Shown piece by piece: positions 39,137 through 48,762 of a stretch of 64,000 nucleotides of DNA (position 1 is the first letter of the stretch; each line of letters opens with the position of its first letter). The DNA comes from Candidatus Latescibacterota bacterium. GTDB lineage: Bacteria; Latescibacterota; UBA2968; UBA8231. Under the pieces are notes generated by a model, which saw only the letters and a list, made by a program, of their open reading frames with translations, did not search any database and was not told the DNA's origin. The stretch spans positions 608,001 to 672,000 of the forward strand of contig OZ253462.1 in assembly GCA_965261395.1 (NCBI GenBank), given 5' to 3'. The position numbers and the translations under genes are program-made.

Positions 39137-39157
39137 TTGTACAGCACAGGAGACCCC

Positions 39158-40141
39158 ATGACTGACATCGTGCGCTATGGAGTATTGAGCACCGCCCAGA
39201 TCGCCCTCAACCGCCACCTGCCGGCGGCCCAAGCCATAGGCAATGCCGAGATCGCGGCCATATCGAGCAGAGACCAAGCCAGGGCCGAAACAAGCGCAGC
39301 CCAATACGGCATTGCCAAGGCATACGGCTCGTACCAAGCTGTGCTGGACGATCCTGAAATCGACGCGATCATCAACCCCTTGCCCAATAGCATGCACTGC
39401 GAGTGGACGGTCAAGGCGGCGCAGGCCGGCAAGCACATCCTCTGCGAAAAACCGCTCGCCGTTACTGTGGCGCAAGCGCGGCAGATGATCGACGCCGCCC
39501 AAGCCAACGGGGTGCTCTTAGTCGAGGCTTTTACCCATCGCCTCAACCCGCAATTGCAGTGCGCGCGTCGGCTGGTGCAGCAAGGGGAGATCGGCGAGGT
39601 GAAATTAGCGCGGGCCGAGCTGACCTTCGGCATCCGCGATTGGGCCACCGACGTCCGGGCCCAAAAAAAATTGGGCGGGGGCGCGCTCTTGGACGCCGGA
39701 TGCTACTGCGTCAGCGCAGTGCGTTTTGTGCTCAATGCCGAGCCCGTGGCCGCGCAGGCGTTTCAGCACGTGCGCAACGGCGTGGATGCGACCTTAGCCG
39801 GGCTGTTGCGCTTTGCCGGCGACCACGTCGCCTATATCGCGACCGGCATGGAAGAGCCGTTCCGCTGCGTGTTGGAGGTCGTCGGCAGCCACGGCACAAT
39901 CCGCGTGCCCAACATGTTCGACGAACAGGCCGCGGTCCACATCGCCATCGGCAACGACGAGCGCGTGGAGACCTTCTCCGGGCCGGATCGCTTTCAGGTG
40001 CAGCTAGAGCGCTTCTCTAGTTGCATTCTCCAAGGCAAAGCTCCCGAATTTCCCCCCGCAGACGGCCTCAAGAACGTGGCCGCGCTACAAGCGCTAAAAC
40101 AGGCCGCCGAATCGGGGAGCCTAGTCGAAGTACCGTCTTGA
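39158..40141 (+). CDS. Gfo/Idh/MocA oxidoreductase (D-xylose dehydrogenase-like)
   Basis: GVLSTAQIA, PLPNSMH, HILCEKP, GGALLDAGCY. Confidence 0.9.
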   Translation: MTDIVRYGVLSTAQIALNRHLPAAQAIGNAEIAAISSRDQARAETSAAQYGIAKAYGSYQAVLDDPEIDAIINPLPNSMHCEWTVKAAQAGKHILCEKPLAVTVAQARQMIDAAQANGVLLVEAFTHRLNPQLQCARRLVQQGEIGEVKLARAELTFGIRDWATDVRAQKKLGGGALLDAGCYCVSAVRFVLNAEPVAAQAFQHVRNGVDATLAGLLRFAGDHVAYIATGMEEPFRCVLEVVGSHGTIRVPNMFDEQAAVHIAIGNDERVETFSGPDRFQVQLERFSSCILQGKAPEFPPADGLKNVAALQALKQAAESGSLVEVPS

Positions 40142-40275
40142 GCAATGGTCCACTGCGAATTCATCCTCTACTAACAGCGCGACCATGTCGCCACGTTTAC
40201 CCAGAAGCGGAAGCCGGTGTGGAAGGGAAAGCAGGGAAGACACCGCGCAAACTTCAACGACGAGAAAGCACTGCT

Positions 40276-41157
40276 ATGGAAAAATTTGCCCCCTTGAACA
40301 TGTCTCCAGAAGAGCTAATCGAGTACACCCCAGAGTGGCAGGGCGAGCGCTTTGCCGACGGCCGTCCCAAGGTGCCCGACGACATCCTCGCGCGCATGCA
40401 CAACGTCAACATTACCCAAGCCTGGGGTGTCTTGCGCGGCCCCGGCTACAACTGGCAGTACGAAGACGGCTGGATTTGCACGCATCCCGGCCAAGTCCTG
40501 GTGGGCCGCGCCCTGACGGCCGCGTATATGCCGCGGCGGCCCGTCATGCGGCGAGTCATGGAAGAGAAAGGGGAGCGGGCCGGCTGCGTTGGCGACCAGA
40601 TCTCGTGGCCTATTGATATGCTGGTGCCCGGGGATGTGTACGTGGCCGACGTATTCGGCAAAATCGACCAAGGTGCCGTCATTGGCGACAACCTCGCCAC
40701 CGCGATCTACGCCAATTCGGGCAATGGGGTGGTACACGACGCGGCCGTCCGCGATATCGACGGCATCCAAGAGCTACCCAATTTCACCAGTTTCGTGCGC
40801 GGCTTTCACCCCACCTTTGCCTCGCCCACCATCATGCTGGCCGGGGTCAACTGCCCAGTGCGCATTGGCGGCGCCACGGTCATGCCCGGCGACGTAGTCC
40901 TCGGCCGCGACGATGGCGTCGTTTTCATACCGCCTCATATAGCCGAACAGGTGGTCAAGACCTCCGAGCTGATCGCGCTTCGCGACCGCTTTGGCAAACA
41001 GCGCCTGACCGAGGGCAAATACACGCCCGGCCAGATCGATACCCGCTGGTCCGACCCCATTGAGGCGGACTTCTCGCGCTGGCTAGAGAGTCTCATCGAC
41101 GAGCTGCCCGTGCCGCGCGCCGCCATCCAAGAGCTGCTCAAGGAGCGGACTTGGTGA
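40276..41157 (+). CDS. RraA/HMG-aldolase family protein
   Basis: RFADGRPKV, IGDNL, AVRD, VMPGDVVLG..DGVVFIP. Confidence 0.85.
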   Translation: MEKFAPLNMSPEELIEYTPEWQGERFADGRPKVPDDILARMHNVNITQAWGVLRGPGYNWQYEDGWICTHPGQVLVGRALTAAYMPRRPVMRRVMEEKGERAGCVGDQISWPIDMLVPGDVYVADVFGKIDQGAVIGDNLATAIYANSGNGVVHDAAVRDIDGIQELPNFTSFVRGFHPTFASPTIMLAGVNCPVRIGGATVMPGDVVLGRDDGVVFIPPHIAEQVVKTSELIALRDRFGKQRLTEGKYTPGQIDTRWSDPIEADFSRWLESLIDELPVPRAAIQELLKERTW

Positions 41158-41920
41158 TCTCGGGCGGCGGCTGACCGACTACCAACTCACCTGCCTTGAG
41201 AAAAGGCTCGGCATTCCCCCAGAGTTTGCTGCCGTCTGCCGAGGTCATCGGCTCGCAGGAGTACTGGGCCAAATACACGCGGCGCATCTGATTGGTGTTG
41301 TTGGTGCCGCTGGAGTGGAAGTTGTAGCTGGTGAAGACGGCAATGCTGCCGGCCGGAGCGATGACCGAGACGCCGGGGTCGCTGCCGAAATAGCCGATCA
41401 AATCGTTGCTCCCCTCCTCGCGGACGTGCTTGACCCACGTGCGAATGCCCGAGCGCGAAAAAGGCAGCAAGTGGACGGTGCCATTGGCCTCGGACATGTC
41501 GTCGAGGGCGCACCAACAGGTTAAATACGGCTTGTGATCCGGGTAGCCGACGTAGCCCGAGTCTTGGTGCCAGGAGAACTTCATGCCGGCCTCGGCACCC
41601 TTGACTACGTATTGCTCCCAAAACAAGTAGGCGTCGTCGCCTAGGGTGGCTTGGCAGATTGCGGCCATTAGGGGGCTGAAGAGAAACTCGCGCAGGCGCG
41701 GCTGCGCGCGGAAGCAGTTGGAGACAAAGTAGCGGCTGTTGCGGTGATTGAGACCCAAGGTATCCGTGCCCTCGGCGTCCATCCGGGCGTTGGCTTTGTC
41801 GATGAAGTCTTGGCATTCGCCGCGCAGGAGATCGAGGTGGTGGGCGGGGACGGCGTTTTCGAGGATGAAATAGCCCTCTTCTTTGAATTGCTGCTTTTGG
41901 GCATCGGTGATCTGGTGCAT
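41138..41920 (-). CDS. PhyH-family dioxygenase
   Basis: WHQDSGY, WCALDD, FHSSG..N...RR. Confidence 0.9.
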   Translation of the reverse strand: MHQITDAQKQQFKEEGYFILENAVPAHHLDLLRGECQDFIDKANARMDAEGTDTLGLNHRNSRYFVSNCFRAQPRLREFLFSPLMAAICQATLGDDAYLFWEQYVVKGAEAGMKFSWHQDSGYVGYPDHKPYLTCWCALDDMSEANGTVHLLPFSRSGIRTWVKHVREEGSNDLIGYFGSDPGVSVIAPAGSIAVFTSYNFHSSGTNNTNQMRRVYLAQYSCEPMTSADGSKLWGNAEPFLKAGELVVGQPPPEITKSAP

Positions 41921-42063
41921 GAATCGCTCCCGTCGATTGCAATGTTAATGTAAACTGAGGCGATATACTGATAGGCAGAACCCAAGAGACACGCAACCGC
42001 GCCAAAGGAAATAACATGCTCGCCGAACAGCACAACGGCCCAAGCGAACGCTGGAGCATCTGA

Positions 42064-42696
42064 ATGGAAACCCCGGCAATACTCCAAGCGCTGGAACTGA
42101 CCTCTTGGTGGGAGGTGCCGGCTGTTGTCTTGGCTATTCTCTACTTGGTACTGGCGGCGCGGGAAAACATCTGGTGTTGGGCGGCAGCTTTCGCTAGTAC
42201 CGCGATTTACATCCACGTCTTCTTCGATGTTAAGCTGTTCTTAGAGTCGGGCCTACAGATTTACTACTTGGGCATGGCGGTCTATGGCTGGTACCAGTGG
42301 CGGCGGCCCACCGATCAATCCGCAACGCTGCCCATTTCTACCTGGTCACTCAAAAAGCACATTGTGGTCATTGCTGCGACGGGAGTGGTGGTGGTGACGT
42401 CTGGGTACCTTTTGAGCGAAAACACAACGGCGGCATTGCCTTATGTCGATGCCTTCACCACCTGGTATGCGGTGGTGACGACCTATATGGTGACAAAGAA
42501 GATTTTGGAGAATTGGGGGTACTGGTTTGTCATCGATAGTGTCTCGGTTTATCTCTACTACAGCCGAGGGCTTTACCTGACCGCTTTGTTGTTTGTCGCC
42601 TATCTGATTATCATCGTCTTTGGCTATCTGAAATGGAAAAAGGAGTACGACCAGCAAATGTCCGAATCAACTCTTGAAGGTGAATTGAGCAAGTGA
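42064..42696 (+). CDS. pnuC: PnuC-family vitamin (nicotinamide riboside-type) transporter
   Basis: RENIWCW, LQIYY, YGWYQW, DAFTT, LENWGYWFVID. Confidence 0.9.
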   Translation: METPAILQALELTSWWEVPAVVLAILYLVLAARENIWCWAAAFASTAIYIHVFFDVKLFLESGLQIYYLGMAVYGWYQWRRPTDQSATLPISTWSLKKHIVVIAATGVVVVTSGYLLSENTTAALPYVDAFTTWYAVVTTYMVTKKILENWGYWFVIDSVSVYLYYSRGLYLTALLFVAYLIIIVFGYLKWKKEYDQQMSESTLEGELSK

Positions 42697-42700
42697 GCGT

Positions 42701-43558
42701 ATGAAACGAACAGAGACATGCGGGCCTGTGGCCATCCAAGGGCACGTCGGGTCGTTCAGCGAGGCGGCGGCGCGGGCCTATTTTTCCCCAGAGACCCAAC
42801 TGGTGTCACAACCCGATTTCAAGGCGCTTTTCGCCTCAGTGGAAGACGGGTCTTGCGCTTGCGGAGTCGTGCCGATCGAAAATTCGCTAATGGGCAGCAT
42901 CCACGAGAATTACGACCTGCTGCTGCAGAGCGATGTGCACATCGGCGGCGAAATTAAACTGCGCATCGTTCACAACCTCATCGTCAATCCTGGCGTGCAG
43001 CTAGCGGACATCCGCTACATCGCGTCGCAGCCGCCCGCCTTGGCCCAATGCACTCACTTCATCGACTCGCTGGCAAGTGCTCAGACGATAGCGGCGGAAG
43101 ATACGGCCGGAGCGGTCAAAGAGCTGGCCGCCAGCGGCGCGCGTGACCGAGCGGCCATAGCCGGAGCGCCAGCGGCCGCCGCGTACGGGATGGAGATCCT
43201 CGTCCCCGGCATTGAGGACGCCACCCACAACTTTACTCGCTTCTTGGTGGTGAGCCGCCGCGCCGCGCCAGCACCGACCGAGCCAGCCAAAGCCACGCTC
43301 GTCTTTGGGCTAAAAGACGTGCCGGGCGCGCTGTGCCGGAGCCTCGCGGCCTTTGCCGAGCGCGGCATCAACCTGCTCAAAATCGAGTCGCGACCCATGG
43401 CCGAGCGGCCTTGGGAATACGTCTTCTATCTGGATTTGGAGGGTCACTTGGGACAGGCGGCTTGCGCCCAAGCCGTAGAGCAGCTTCAGGAGACTACCGA
43501 ATTCGTCCGCATCTTGGGCTCGTACCGACAGGGCGATACGGTCGATAACCTTGGGTAA
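42701..43558 (+). CDS. pheA: Prephenate dehydratase
   Basis: GSFSE, VPIENS, NFTRF, INLLKIESRP (ACT domain). Confidence 0.93.
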   Translation: MKRTETCGPVAIQGHVGSFSEAAARAYFSPETQLVSQPDFKALFASVEDGSCACGVVPIENSLMGSIHENYDLLLQSDVHIGGEIKLRIVHNLIVNPGVQLADIRYIASQPPALAQCTHFIDSLASAQTIAAEDTAGAVKELAASGARDRAAIAGAPAAAAYGMEILVPGIEDATHNFTRFLVVSRRAAPAPTEPAKATLVFGLKDVPGALCRSLAAFAERGINLLKIESRPMAERPWEYVFYLDLEGHLGQAACAQAVEQLQETTEFVRILGSYRQGDTVDNLG

Positions 43559-43564
43559 GCCCGC

Positions 43565-44518
43565 TTAAGCGCCCACGGCGCGGGTGCGAACTTGGTCGAG
43601 GCCGACGGCCAACAGGAGCACTGCGCCGCGCGTTACATCCTGCCAGAAGCTCGACACATCCATCAGCGTCAGCCCGTTGTTGAGGGTGCCGAGCAAAAGC
43701 ACCGCCAACAAGGTACCCCAGACCGTGCCGCGCCCCCCGAAGAGACTCGTGCCACCCAAGATCACGGCCGCGATCACCGTCAACAGATGCTGCCCCGCCG
43801 CGTCGGGTGCCGCCGCGTAGAGCATGGCCGCCAGGATTAGACCGCTGACCGCTCCGCTGAGGCCGGAGAGGACGTAGAGGATCATCAAGGTGCGGGCGAC
43901 GGGAACGCCAACGAGCCGGCTAGCTTCGGCGTTGCTGCCTGCGGCATAAACGAAGCGACCGAAGCGAGTTCGGGCGAGCACCCAGCCGAGTGCGCCATAG
44001 ACCAGCAGCATCAATACCAGCGGCACCGGCAGCCGCAAAAGCTGGCCACTGCCGAGCCAGTTGAAACCGGCTTCCATCAGCGGTTTGGTTAGCCCGCCGG
44101 TCAGGACTAGGGCCAGCCCACCGATGACGCTCATCGTGCCCATGGTGGCGATAAGCGGGTTGAGCCCGAGGCGTACGGCCAACAGGCCGTTGAGCAGTCC
44201 GATGCCCCCGCCCAGTGCCAGCGCGATGAGACAAGCGGTGACAATGCCGACGCCCAAGGCGTGGAGCAGCGCGACGACGACCCCGGCCAGCCCGGCCACT
44301 GCCGCCACCGACAAGTCGAGACCCCCGGCGATGATCAGCGGCGTTTGCAACGCGCACATCAGGCCGATAAAGGCCATATTAGCGCCAATGCTCATCATAT
44401 TGTCGAAGGACAAAAACCAAGGCGAGAGTACGCTGAAGAGCACGGCGACCAAGAGGTAGAACGCCAACAACAAGGCGACGCCAGCACCGGGGCGATTTAA
44501 TAAAGCAGCGATACTCAT
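43565..44518 (-). CDS. Sugar ABC transporter permease (RbsC-like)
   Basis: GGLDLSV, TRFGRFVYAAGSN.EA, IAAVILGGTSLFGG. Confidence 0.92.
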   Translation of the reverse strand: MSIAALLNRPGAGVALLLAFYLLVAVLFSVLSPWFLSFDNMMSIGANMAFIGLMCALQTPLIIAGGLDLSVAAVAGLAGVVVALLHALGVGIVTACLIALALGGGIGLLNGLLAVRLGLNPLIATMGTMSVIGGLALVLTGGLTKPLMEAGFNWLGSGQLLRLPVPLVLMLLVYGALGWVLARTRFGRFVYAAGSNAEASRLVGVPVARTLMILYVLSGLSGAVSGLILAAMLYAAAPDAAGQHLLTVIAAVILGGTSLFGGRGTVWGTLLAVLLLGTLNNGLTLMDVSSFWQDVTRGAVLLLAVGLDQVRTRAVGA

Positions 44519-46026
44519 TGAGGGGCCTTCGCGGTCGGGGTGTGGAGCAAGTCGGCCGGAGCCGCGCCGCCAGAAAAGCGGCTGGACACCCGACCGCGGT
44601 CGAGGACGATGGAACGGTCGCAGACGCCGGCGACTTCTTCGGCGTCGGAGGAAATCAAGAGCACGGCAAGCCCCTGTTGGGTCCACTGCCGCAGCGCCAA
44701 GTAGAGCTCGTGGCGGGCGCCCAAGTCCACGCCTCGGGTCGGTTCTTCGAGGATGAGCACCTTGAGGCCCTCGACCAACCAGCGGGCCAAGCAGGCCTTC
44801 TGCTGGTTGCCGCCCGAGAGCAAGCGCAGCGGTTGGTCGAGGTGAGCGGCGCGAATCCCCAAGCGGTCGATCCAGCTTTGCGCGTGGCTTGCTTCGCGCG
44901 GCTTGGACACGGAAAACAAGCGCACGAAGCGGTCGATAAAGGGCAGGGTGATATTGGCACGGACGCCGAGGTCGGGGACGATGCCCTCGCGTTGGCGTTC
45001 GGCAGCGACAAAACCGATGCCCGCGTCGCGGCCCCGGCGCGGGTTGGTCGGGGTATAGGGCGCACCTCCGAGCGCAATGCGTGCGTTGGGCAGCGGACCT
45101 AGCGCACCGTAGATGGCCCGGCCGAGTTGGTCAATTCCCGAGCCAAGCAGGCCGAAGACGCCGAGAATCTCGCCGCGGTGGATCGCAAAGGACACGTTGT
45201 CGAGCGCGCCGGGCAAGCTCAGGTTCTCGACCTCCAGCGCGACCTCGCCGGTGCTTGCGCCGCGCGGTGGGTAGAGTTCGTCAACAGTGGTGCCGAGCAT
45301 GGCGTCGAGGACGTCGCGCCGCGAAGCAGTGGCGGTGGCGAAGTCGCCGGCGTTTAGCCCATCGCGGAGCACGGTGATGCGGTCGGCGATCTCGAAGACC
45401 TCGTCGAGGTAGTGGGAGATGTAGATGATGCCGATCTGCTGCGCCTTGAGTCGCTCGACCACGGCGAAGAGCGCTTGCACCTCACGATCGGCGAGGGCGG
45501 CGGTCGGCTCGTCCATGACGATGATCCGCGCTTGACCAGCGAGGGCGCGGGCGATTTCGACTAGGCGCTTGTGCGGCGCGGAAAGCCGATGTACCGGCGC
45601 GTCGGGATCGAGGTCGCAGCCGAGCCGATCGAGCAATGCCCGCGCTTTGGCGCGCAGCGCCGGGCGATCTACCTGTTTGCCAAGCCACGAGCGTTTGAGC
45701 GGCAGGTCGGCGATGAGGATGTTTTCGGCGACCGTGAGATCGGGCAAGACCGATACTTCCTGGGGCAAAAAGCGGACGCCGTGGGCGATGGCCTCCTCGG
45801 GCCGGTCGTAGCGCACTGCCTGACCGTCGCAGTGGATGGTACCGGCGTCGCGGCGGTACACGCCGCAGAGGATCTTCACTAGGGTGGATTTACCCGCCCC
45901 GTTGGCGCCCAGCAGCGCTAGGACCTCCCCGGCGTCTAAACGGAGATCGACCTCGCGTAAGACCTGGGCGCTGCCGAAGGATTTGCAGATGCCTGCCATC
46001 TGCAACAAGGGTGCGGTATGGCCCAT
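44515..46026 (-). CDS. Sugar ABC transporter ATP-binding protein (RbsA-like)
   Basis: GANGAGKST, MDEPT, LSGGNQQK, EPTRGVD. Confidence 0.94.
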   Translation of the reverse strand: MGHTAPLLQMAGICKSFGSAQVLREVDLRLDAGEVLALLGANGAGKSTLVKILCGVYRRDAGTIHCDGQAVRYDRPEEAIAHGVRFLPQEVSVLPDLTVAENILIADLPLKRSWLGKQVDRPALRAKARALLDRLGCDLDPDAPVHRLSAPHKRLVEIARALAGQARIIVMDEPTAALADREVQALFAVVERLKAQQIGIIYISHYLDEVFEIADRITVLRDGLNAGDFATATASRRDVLDAMLGTTVDELYPPRGASTGEVALEVENLSLPGALDNVSFAIHRGEILGVFGLLGSGIDQLGRAIYGALGPLPNARIALGGAPYTPTNPRRGRDAGIGFVAAERQREGIVPDLGVRANITLPFIDRFVRLFSVSKPREASHAQSWIDRLGIRAAHLDQPLRLLSGGNQQKACLARWLVEGLKVLILEEPTRGVDLGARHELYLALRQWTQQGLAVLLISSDAEEVAGVCDRSIVLDRGRVSSRFSGGAAPADLLHTPTAKAPQ

Positions 46027-46027
46027 G

Positions 46028-47200
46028 CTAGTGGTCGGGGATCAACTGCTCGTAGCCGGCGAGTTCGGGCTTGCCCTTCAGGGTGGCCAGATGTTCGACA
46101 AAGGCTTCCTGTGGGAAGACGTAGTCGAAGCCCGGCTCGCCTTGGCATTCGTACTCAGGGTAGAATTGGCAGATATTGGCTGGCTGGACCATTACGTGGT
46201 TGACCGAGACCGCCGGCGGCACGTCGCGGCCAGCTAGACGCATCAGACTCAGCGGGATGAGATAGTTGCCGTAGCGCTCGGGGAAATAGGCGACCGAGGC
46301 GATGAAGTGCTCCTCGGCGACCATCGTCTCCAGCTCGTCGGCACCCTTGCCGACGACCAGCGCGTCTTCGCCGCGCCCCTGCTGCTGTACGGCGCGCAGC
46401 ATGCCGGAGACTGACTGGTCGTTAATGGCGGTGATCAGGATTGGCGCACCTTGGGGGATGCGTCCAAGCGCGTTGCTCATCTGCTGGAAGGAGTACTGTA
46501 GCGTATTCTTGGTGTCGATGCGGATGATGCGCTCGGGCGGGAAGCCGGGCAGCGAGGCGAGGAATCCGGCGATCTGCCCCTCGGTGCGCATGGCCGGGAT
46601 CGCGCCCGACTGCGGCAGTTCGCCAACGACGAAATACCCCTCGGTGAGCGCCTGATCGCCAAAGCGCACTTTGGCCGCCTGCGCCAGATAGGAGCCGCCC
46701 ATAAAACCCGAGCGGGGGTTGTTGGCGCCGAAGTAGGTGGCACCCGGCATGGGGATGTCGATGGCGACCACGCCGATCTGCTTGCGGTTGAAGTGCTGCA
46801 TGATCGCCGGGCCGAAATTGACGTCGGTTTGGAACTCGATGCAGAAGTCAACTTGGCGTCGGGCAAAGCTCTCGGCGTTGGCGAGGGCGGTCGGCCCGTC
46901 GAGCCGATTGTCGGCGATCAGCAGTTCGATGCCGGCGGCCTCGGCGTTGCGCTCAATGCTCTTTTCGACCTTGATGCCAAAGCTGATGTCGCGCTGCAGG
47001 TTGGCAAAGCCAAAGACTAGGTTTGCGCCATTTTTAGGGGGCGAGTGTTGCGCGGCTTCGGCAGCCATAGCCTGTAGCGCTGCCGGCGGGAGCATCAGCC
47101 CGTCGTAGGTCGCCGGGTCGAAGCCGTGGAACCCTTCGCTCGATGCTGGGACTGGGGCGAGAAACAGACAGGTGACGAGAATAAGTCGATTCGGAATCAT
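46028..47200 (-). CDS. Sugar ABC transporter substrate-binding protein
   Basis: Signal peptide, ADNRLD, AIDIP, GANN, IND; first gene of the ABC operon. Confidence 0.88.
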   Translation of the reverse strand: MIPNRLILVTCLFLAPVPASSEGFHGFDPATYDGLMLPPAALQAMAAEAAQHSPPKNGANLVFGFANLQRDISFGIKVEKSIERNAEAAGIELLIADNRLDGPTALANAESFARRQVDFCIEFQTDVNFGPAIMQHFNRKQIGVVAIDIPMPGATYFGANNPRSGFMGGSYLAQAAKVRFGDQALTEGYFVVGELPQSGAIPAMRTEGQIAGFLASLPGFPPERIIRIDTKNTLQYSFQQMSNALGRIPQGAPILITAINDQSVSGMLRAVQQQGRGEDALVVGKGADELETMVAEEHFIASVAYFPERYGNYLIPLSLMRLAGRDVPPAVSVNHVMVQPANICQFYPEYECQGEPGFDYVFPQEAFVEHLATLKGKPELAGYEQLIPDH

Positions 47201-47317
47201 AAAAATCTCCGTGAGAGACCGTCGTCTTTAGGCGACGGCAGGATAACGGTTCAACAGGCGATGGGCTGGCAATGCACAAGGCATTATCTGTCCCTGAGTC
47301 TGTTGAAATCTACATCT

Positions 47318-47346
47318 TTGCGTAATGAAAATAAACTCACTATGTT
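47318..47346 (+). promoter_or_regulatory. Probable tnpB promoter (leaderless)
   Basis: TTGCGT-17 nt-TATGTT, ATG 47354 follows after 7 nt. Confidence 0.5.
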
Positions 47347-47353
47347 TAGGTGC

Positions 47354-48487
47354 ATGGAAACGATTAGGACCCTCTCTTGCAAGTTGGTGGTTCCGCCGCC
47401 GGTAGCTGCTCGCATTGACGCGACACTTGAAGCGTTTGCCGCAGCCTGCAACTTCGTGGCTGATTGGGGAAATGAGCACAAGCGCCATCGCCAATACGAT
47501 CTGCACAAGGGCTGCTACCGCGACGTGCGCGAGCAGTTCGGTCTGTCGGCTAACCTCGCCGTCCGTGCTATTGCTCGGGTTGCGCCCCGGTTGGCTAATC
47601 CTAAGACGCGGCACAGTCAGTTCAAGCCGACCAGCATCGACTACGACGCTCGCATCTTCAAGCTGGACGTGTCGAGCGAGACGGTCAGCTTGCGCCTGCT
47701 GGATGGTCGCTGCATCCTCGCGCTGGCCTTGGGGGACTTTCAGCGCGAAGGGTTGGTTGGTCAGAACCCCACTAGTGCCACGCTCAAGAGAGGCCACAAG
47801 AATCGTTACTACCTCGATGTTCAGGTTAAAGACGAAGCGCCCGAGCCGCCCAATGATGCGGACCTTGATGCCACCCTCGGCGTCGATCTGGGGCTCCGCC
47901 AGATCGCCACCGATTCCGCAGGACACCAGTTTCAAGGGCAAGACCTTGCCGACTATCGCCAGCATCGCGCTGACATTCGTGCGTCGTTGCAGGCGAAGGC
48001 AGATACCGGCAGTCAATCCACGCGCAAGGCGTGTCGCCGGGCACTCAAACGGCTTTCCGGTCGGGAGCGACGCCACCAGAAACGGGTCAACCACGAAATC
48101 AGCAAGCAGCTTGTCGTCTTCGCCAAAGAACACGGGCTGGCTATTGTCTTCGAGTGCCTGAAGGGCATCCGTGACCGCTGCCGGTTCCGCAAGAGACAGC
48201 GCCGACCACTCCACTTGTGGGCGTTCTACCAGCTTCAGCAGTTTGTCGAGTACAAAGCTGCTCGTGCGGGCATCCGCGTCGTGTTCGTCGATCCGCGCTA
48301 CACGTCTAAGACATGCGCGGAATGCTTGTATATCGGCCTTCGCCGTCAAGATGATTTCTCCTGCCAAAATTGTGGGCAGCGTTCCCATGCCGATTTCAAC
48401 GCGGCGAGGAACATTGCCCGCTGGGGCCTCGCTGTAATCCGAGGCGAATACTCCCTACTCTCCTGTGCGCTCCCAAGCGGCGGATGA
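47354..48487 (+). CDS. tnpB: TnpB RNA-guided endonuclease
   Basis: RuvC-I GVDLG, RuvC-II IVFECL, VDPRYTSKTC, Zn finger CAEC/CQNC, RuvC-III ADFNAARNI. Confidence 0.95.
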   Translation: METIRTLSCKLVVPPPVAARIDATLEAFAAACNFVADWGNEHKRHRQYDLHKGCYRDVREQFGLSANLAVRAIARVAPRLANPKTRHSQFKPTSIDYDARIFKLDVSSETVSLRLLDGRCILALALGDFQREGLVGQNPTSATLKRGHKNRYYLDVQVKDEAPEPPNDADLDATLGVDLGLRQIATDSAGHQFQGQDLADYRQHRADIRASLQAKADTGSQSTRKACRRALKRLSGRERRHQKRVNHEISKQLVVFAKEHGLAIVFECLKGIRDRCRFRKRQRRPLHLWAFYQLQQFVEYKAARAGIRVVFVDPRYTSKTCAECLYIGLRRQDDFSCQNCGQRSHADFNAARNIARWGLAVIRGEYSLLSCALPSGG

Positions 48488-48549
48488 GTGGGAGGGTAAA
48501 GCTGCCTGCTTTAGCGGCAGTGCGATTACAGATGCACTTTCGTTTGGAA
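48400..48549 (+). ncRNA. Predicted omega/reRNA of TnpB (5' limit uncertain), guide about 48530-48549
   Basis: By TnpB family rule the RNA spans the tnpB 3' end, the right-end hairpin and the flanking DNA; not independently folded. Confidence 0.5.
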
Positions 48550-48633
48550 ATGGGCTGAGAATATACGGAGCGGCTAGCGGGTGGCTCAAGGTGCGGGGTG
48601 GATGCCACCGCGCTCAGCCTACTTTTCAGGAGC

Positions 48634-48667
48634 GATGCGGTTCGTTAAGATGCGGTTCGTTAAGATG
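48634..48667. repeat. Perfect 15-bp tandem duplication
   Basis: GATGCGGTTCGTTAA x2 plus GATG. Confidence 0.85.
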
Positions 48668-48762
48668 TCCGTCCCGTCGCCGTTGCGATTGACAGAAACC
48701 AAGCCGCATACCAGCGCCCGCAGCAGAGGAGTGCTGGCGACAATACCGAAAAGGAAAACACT

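Larger units (their letters stand above)
47201..48529 (+). mobile_element. IS200/IS605-family (IS1341-type, tnpB-only) element
   Basis: Left hairpin CCGTCGTCTTTAGGCGACGG (47219-47238); right AAAG-CTGCCTGCTTTAGCGGCAG hairpin then TTAC (48526-48529); tnpB inside; no tnpA; left boundary inferred. Confidence 0.8.

Noticed and set aside
40142-40275. CGGTGT...ACACCG stem with purine-rich loop upstream of the RraA-like gene as a riboswitch
   Set aside because: Single short stem with no recognisable aptamer consensus; an Rfam scan would be needed
47228-48388. 386-aa ORF antisense to tnpB
   Set aside because: No recognisable motifs; shadow frame of a GC-rich coding strand
48490-48760. CRISPR array next to TnpB (Cas12f-like system)
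   Set aside because: Only a 2-copy contiguous 15-bp repeat with no spacers; IS-type end hairpins are present instead
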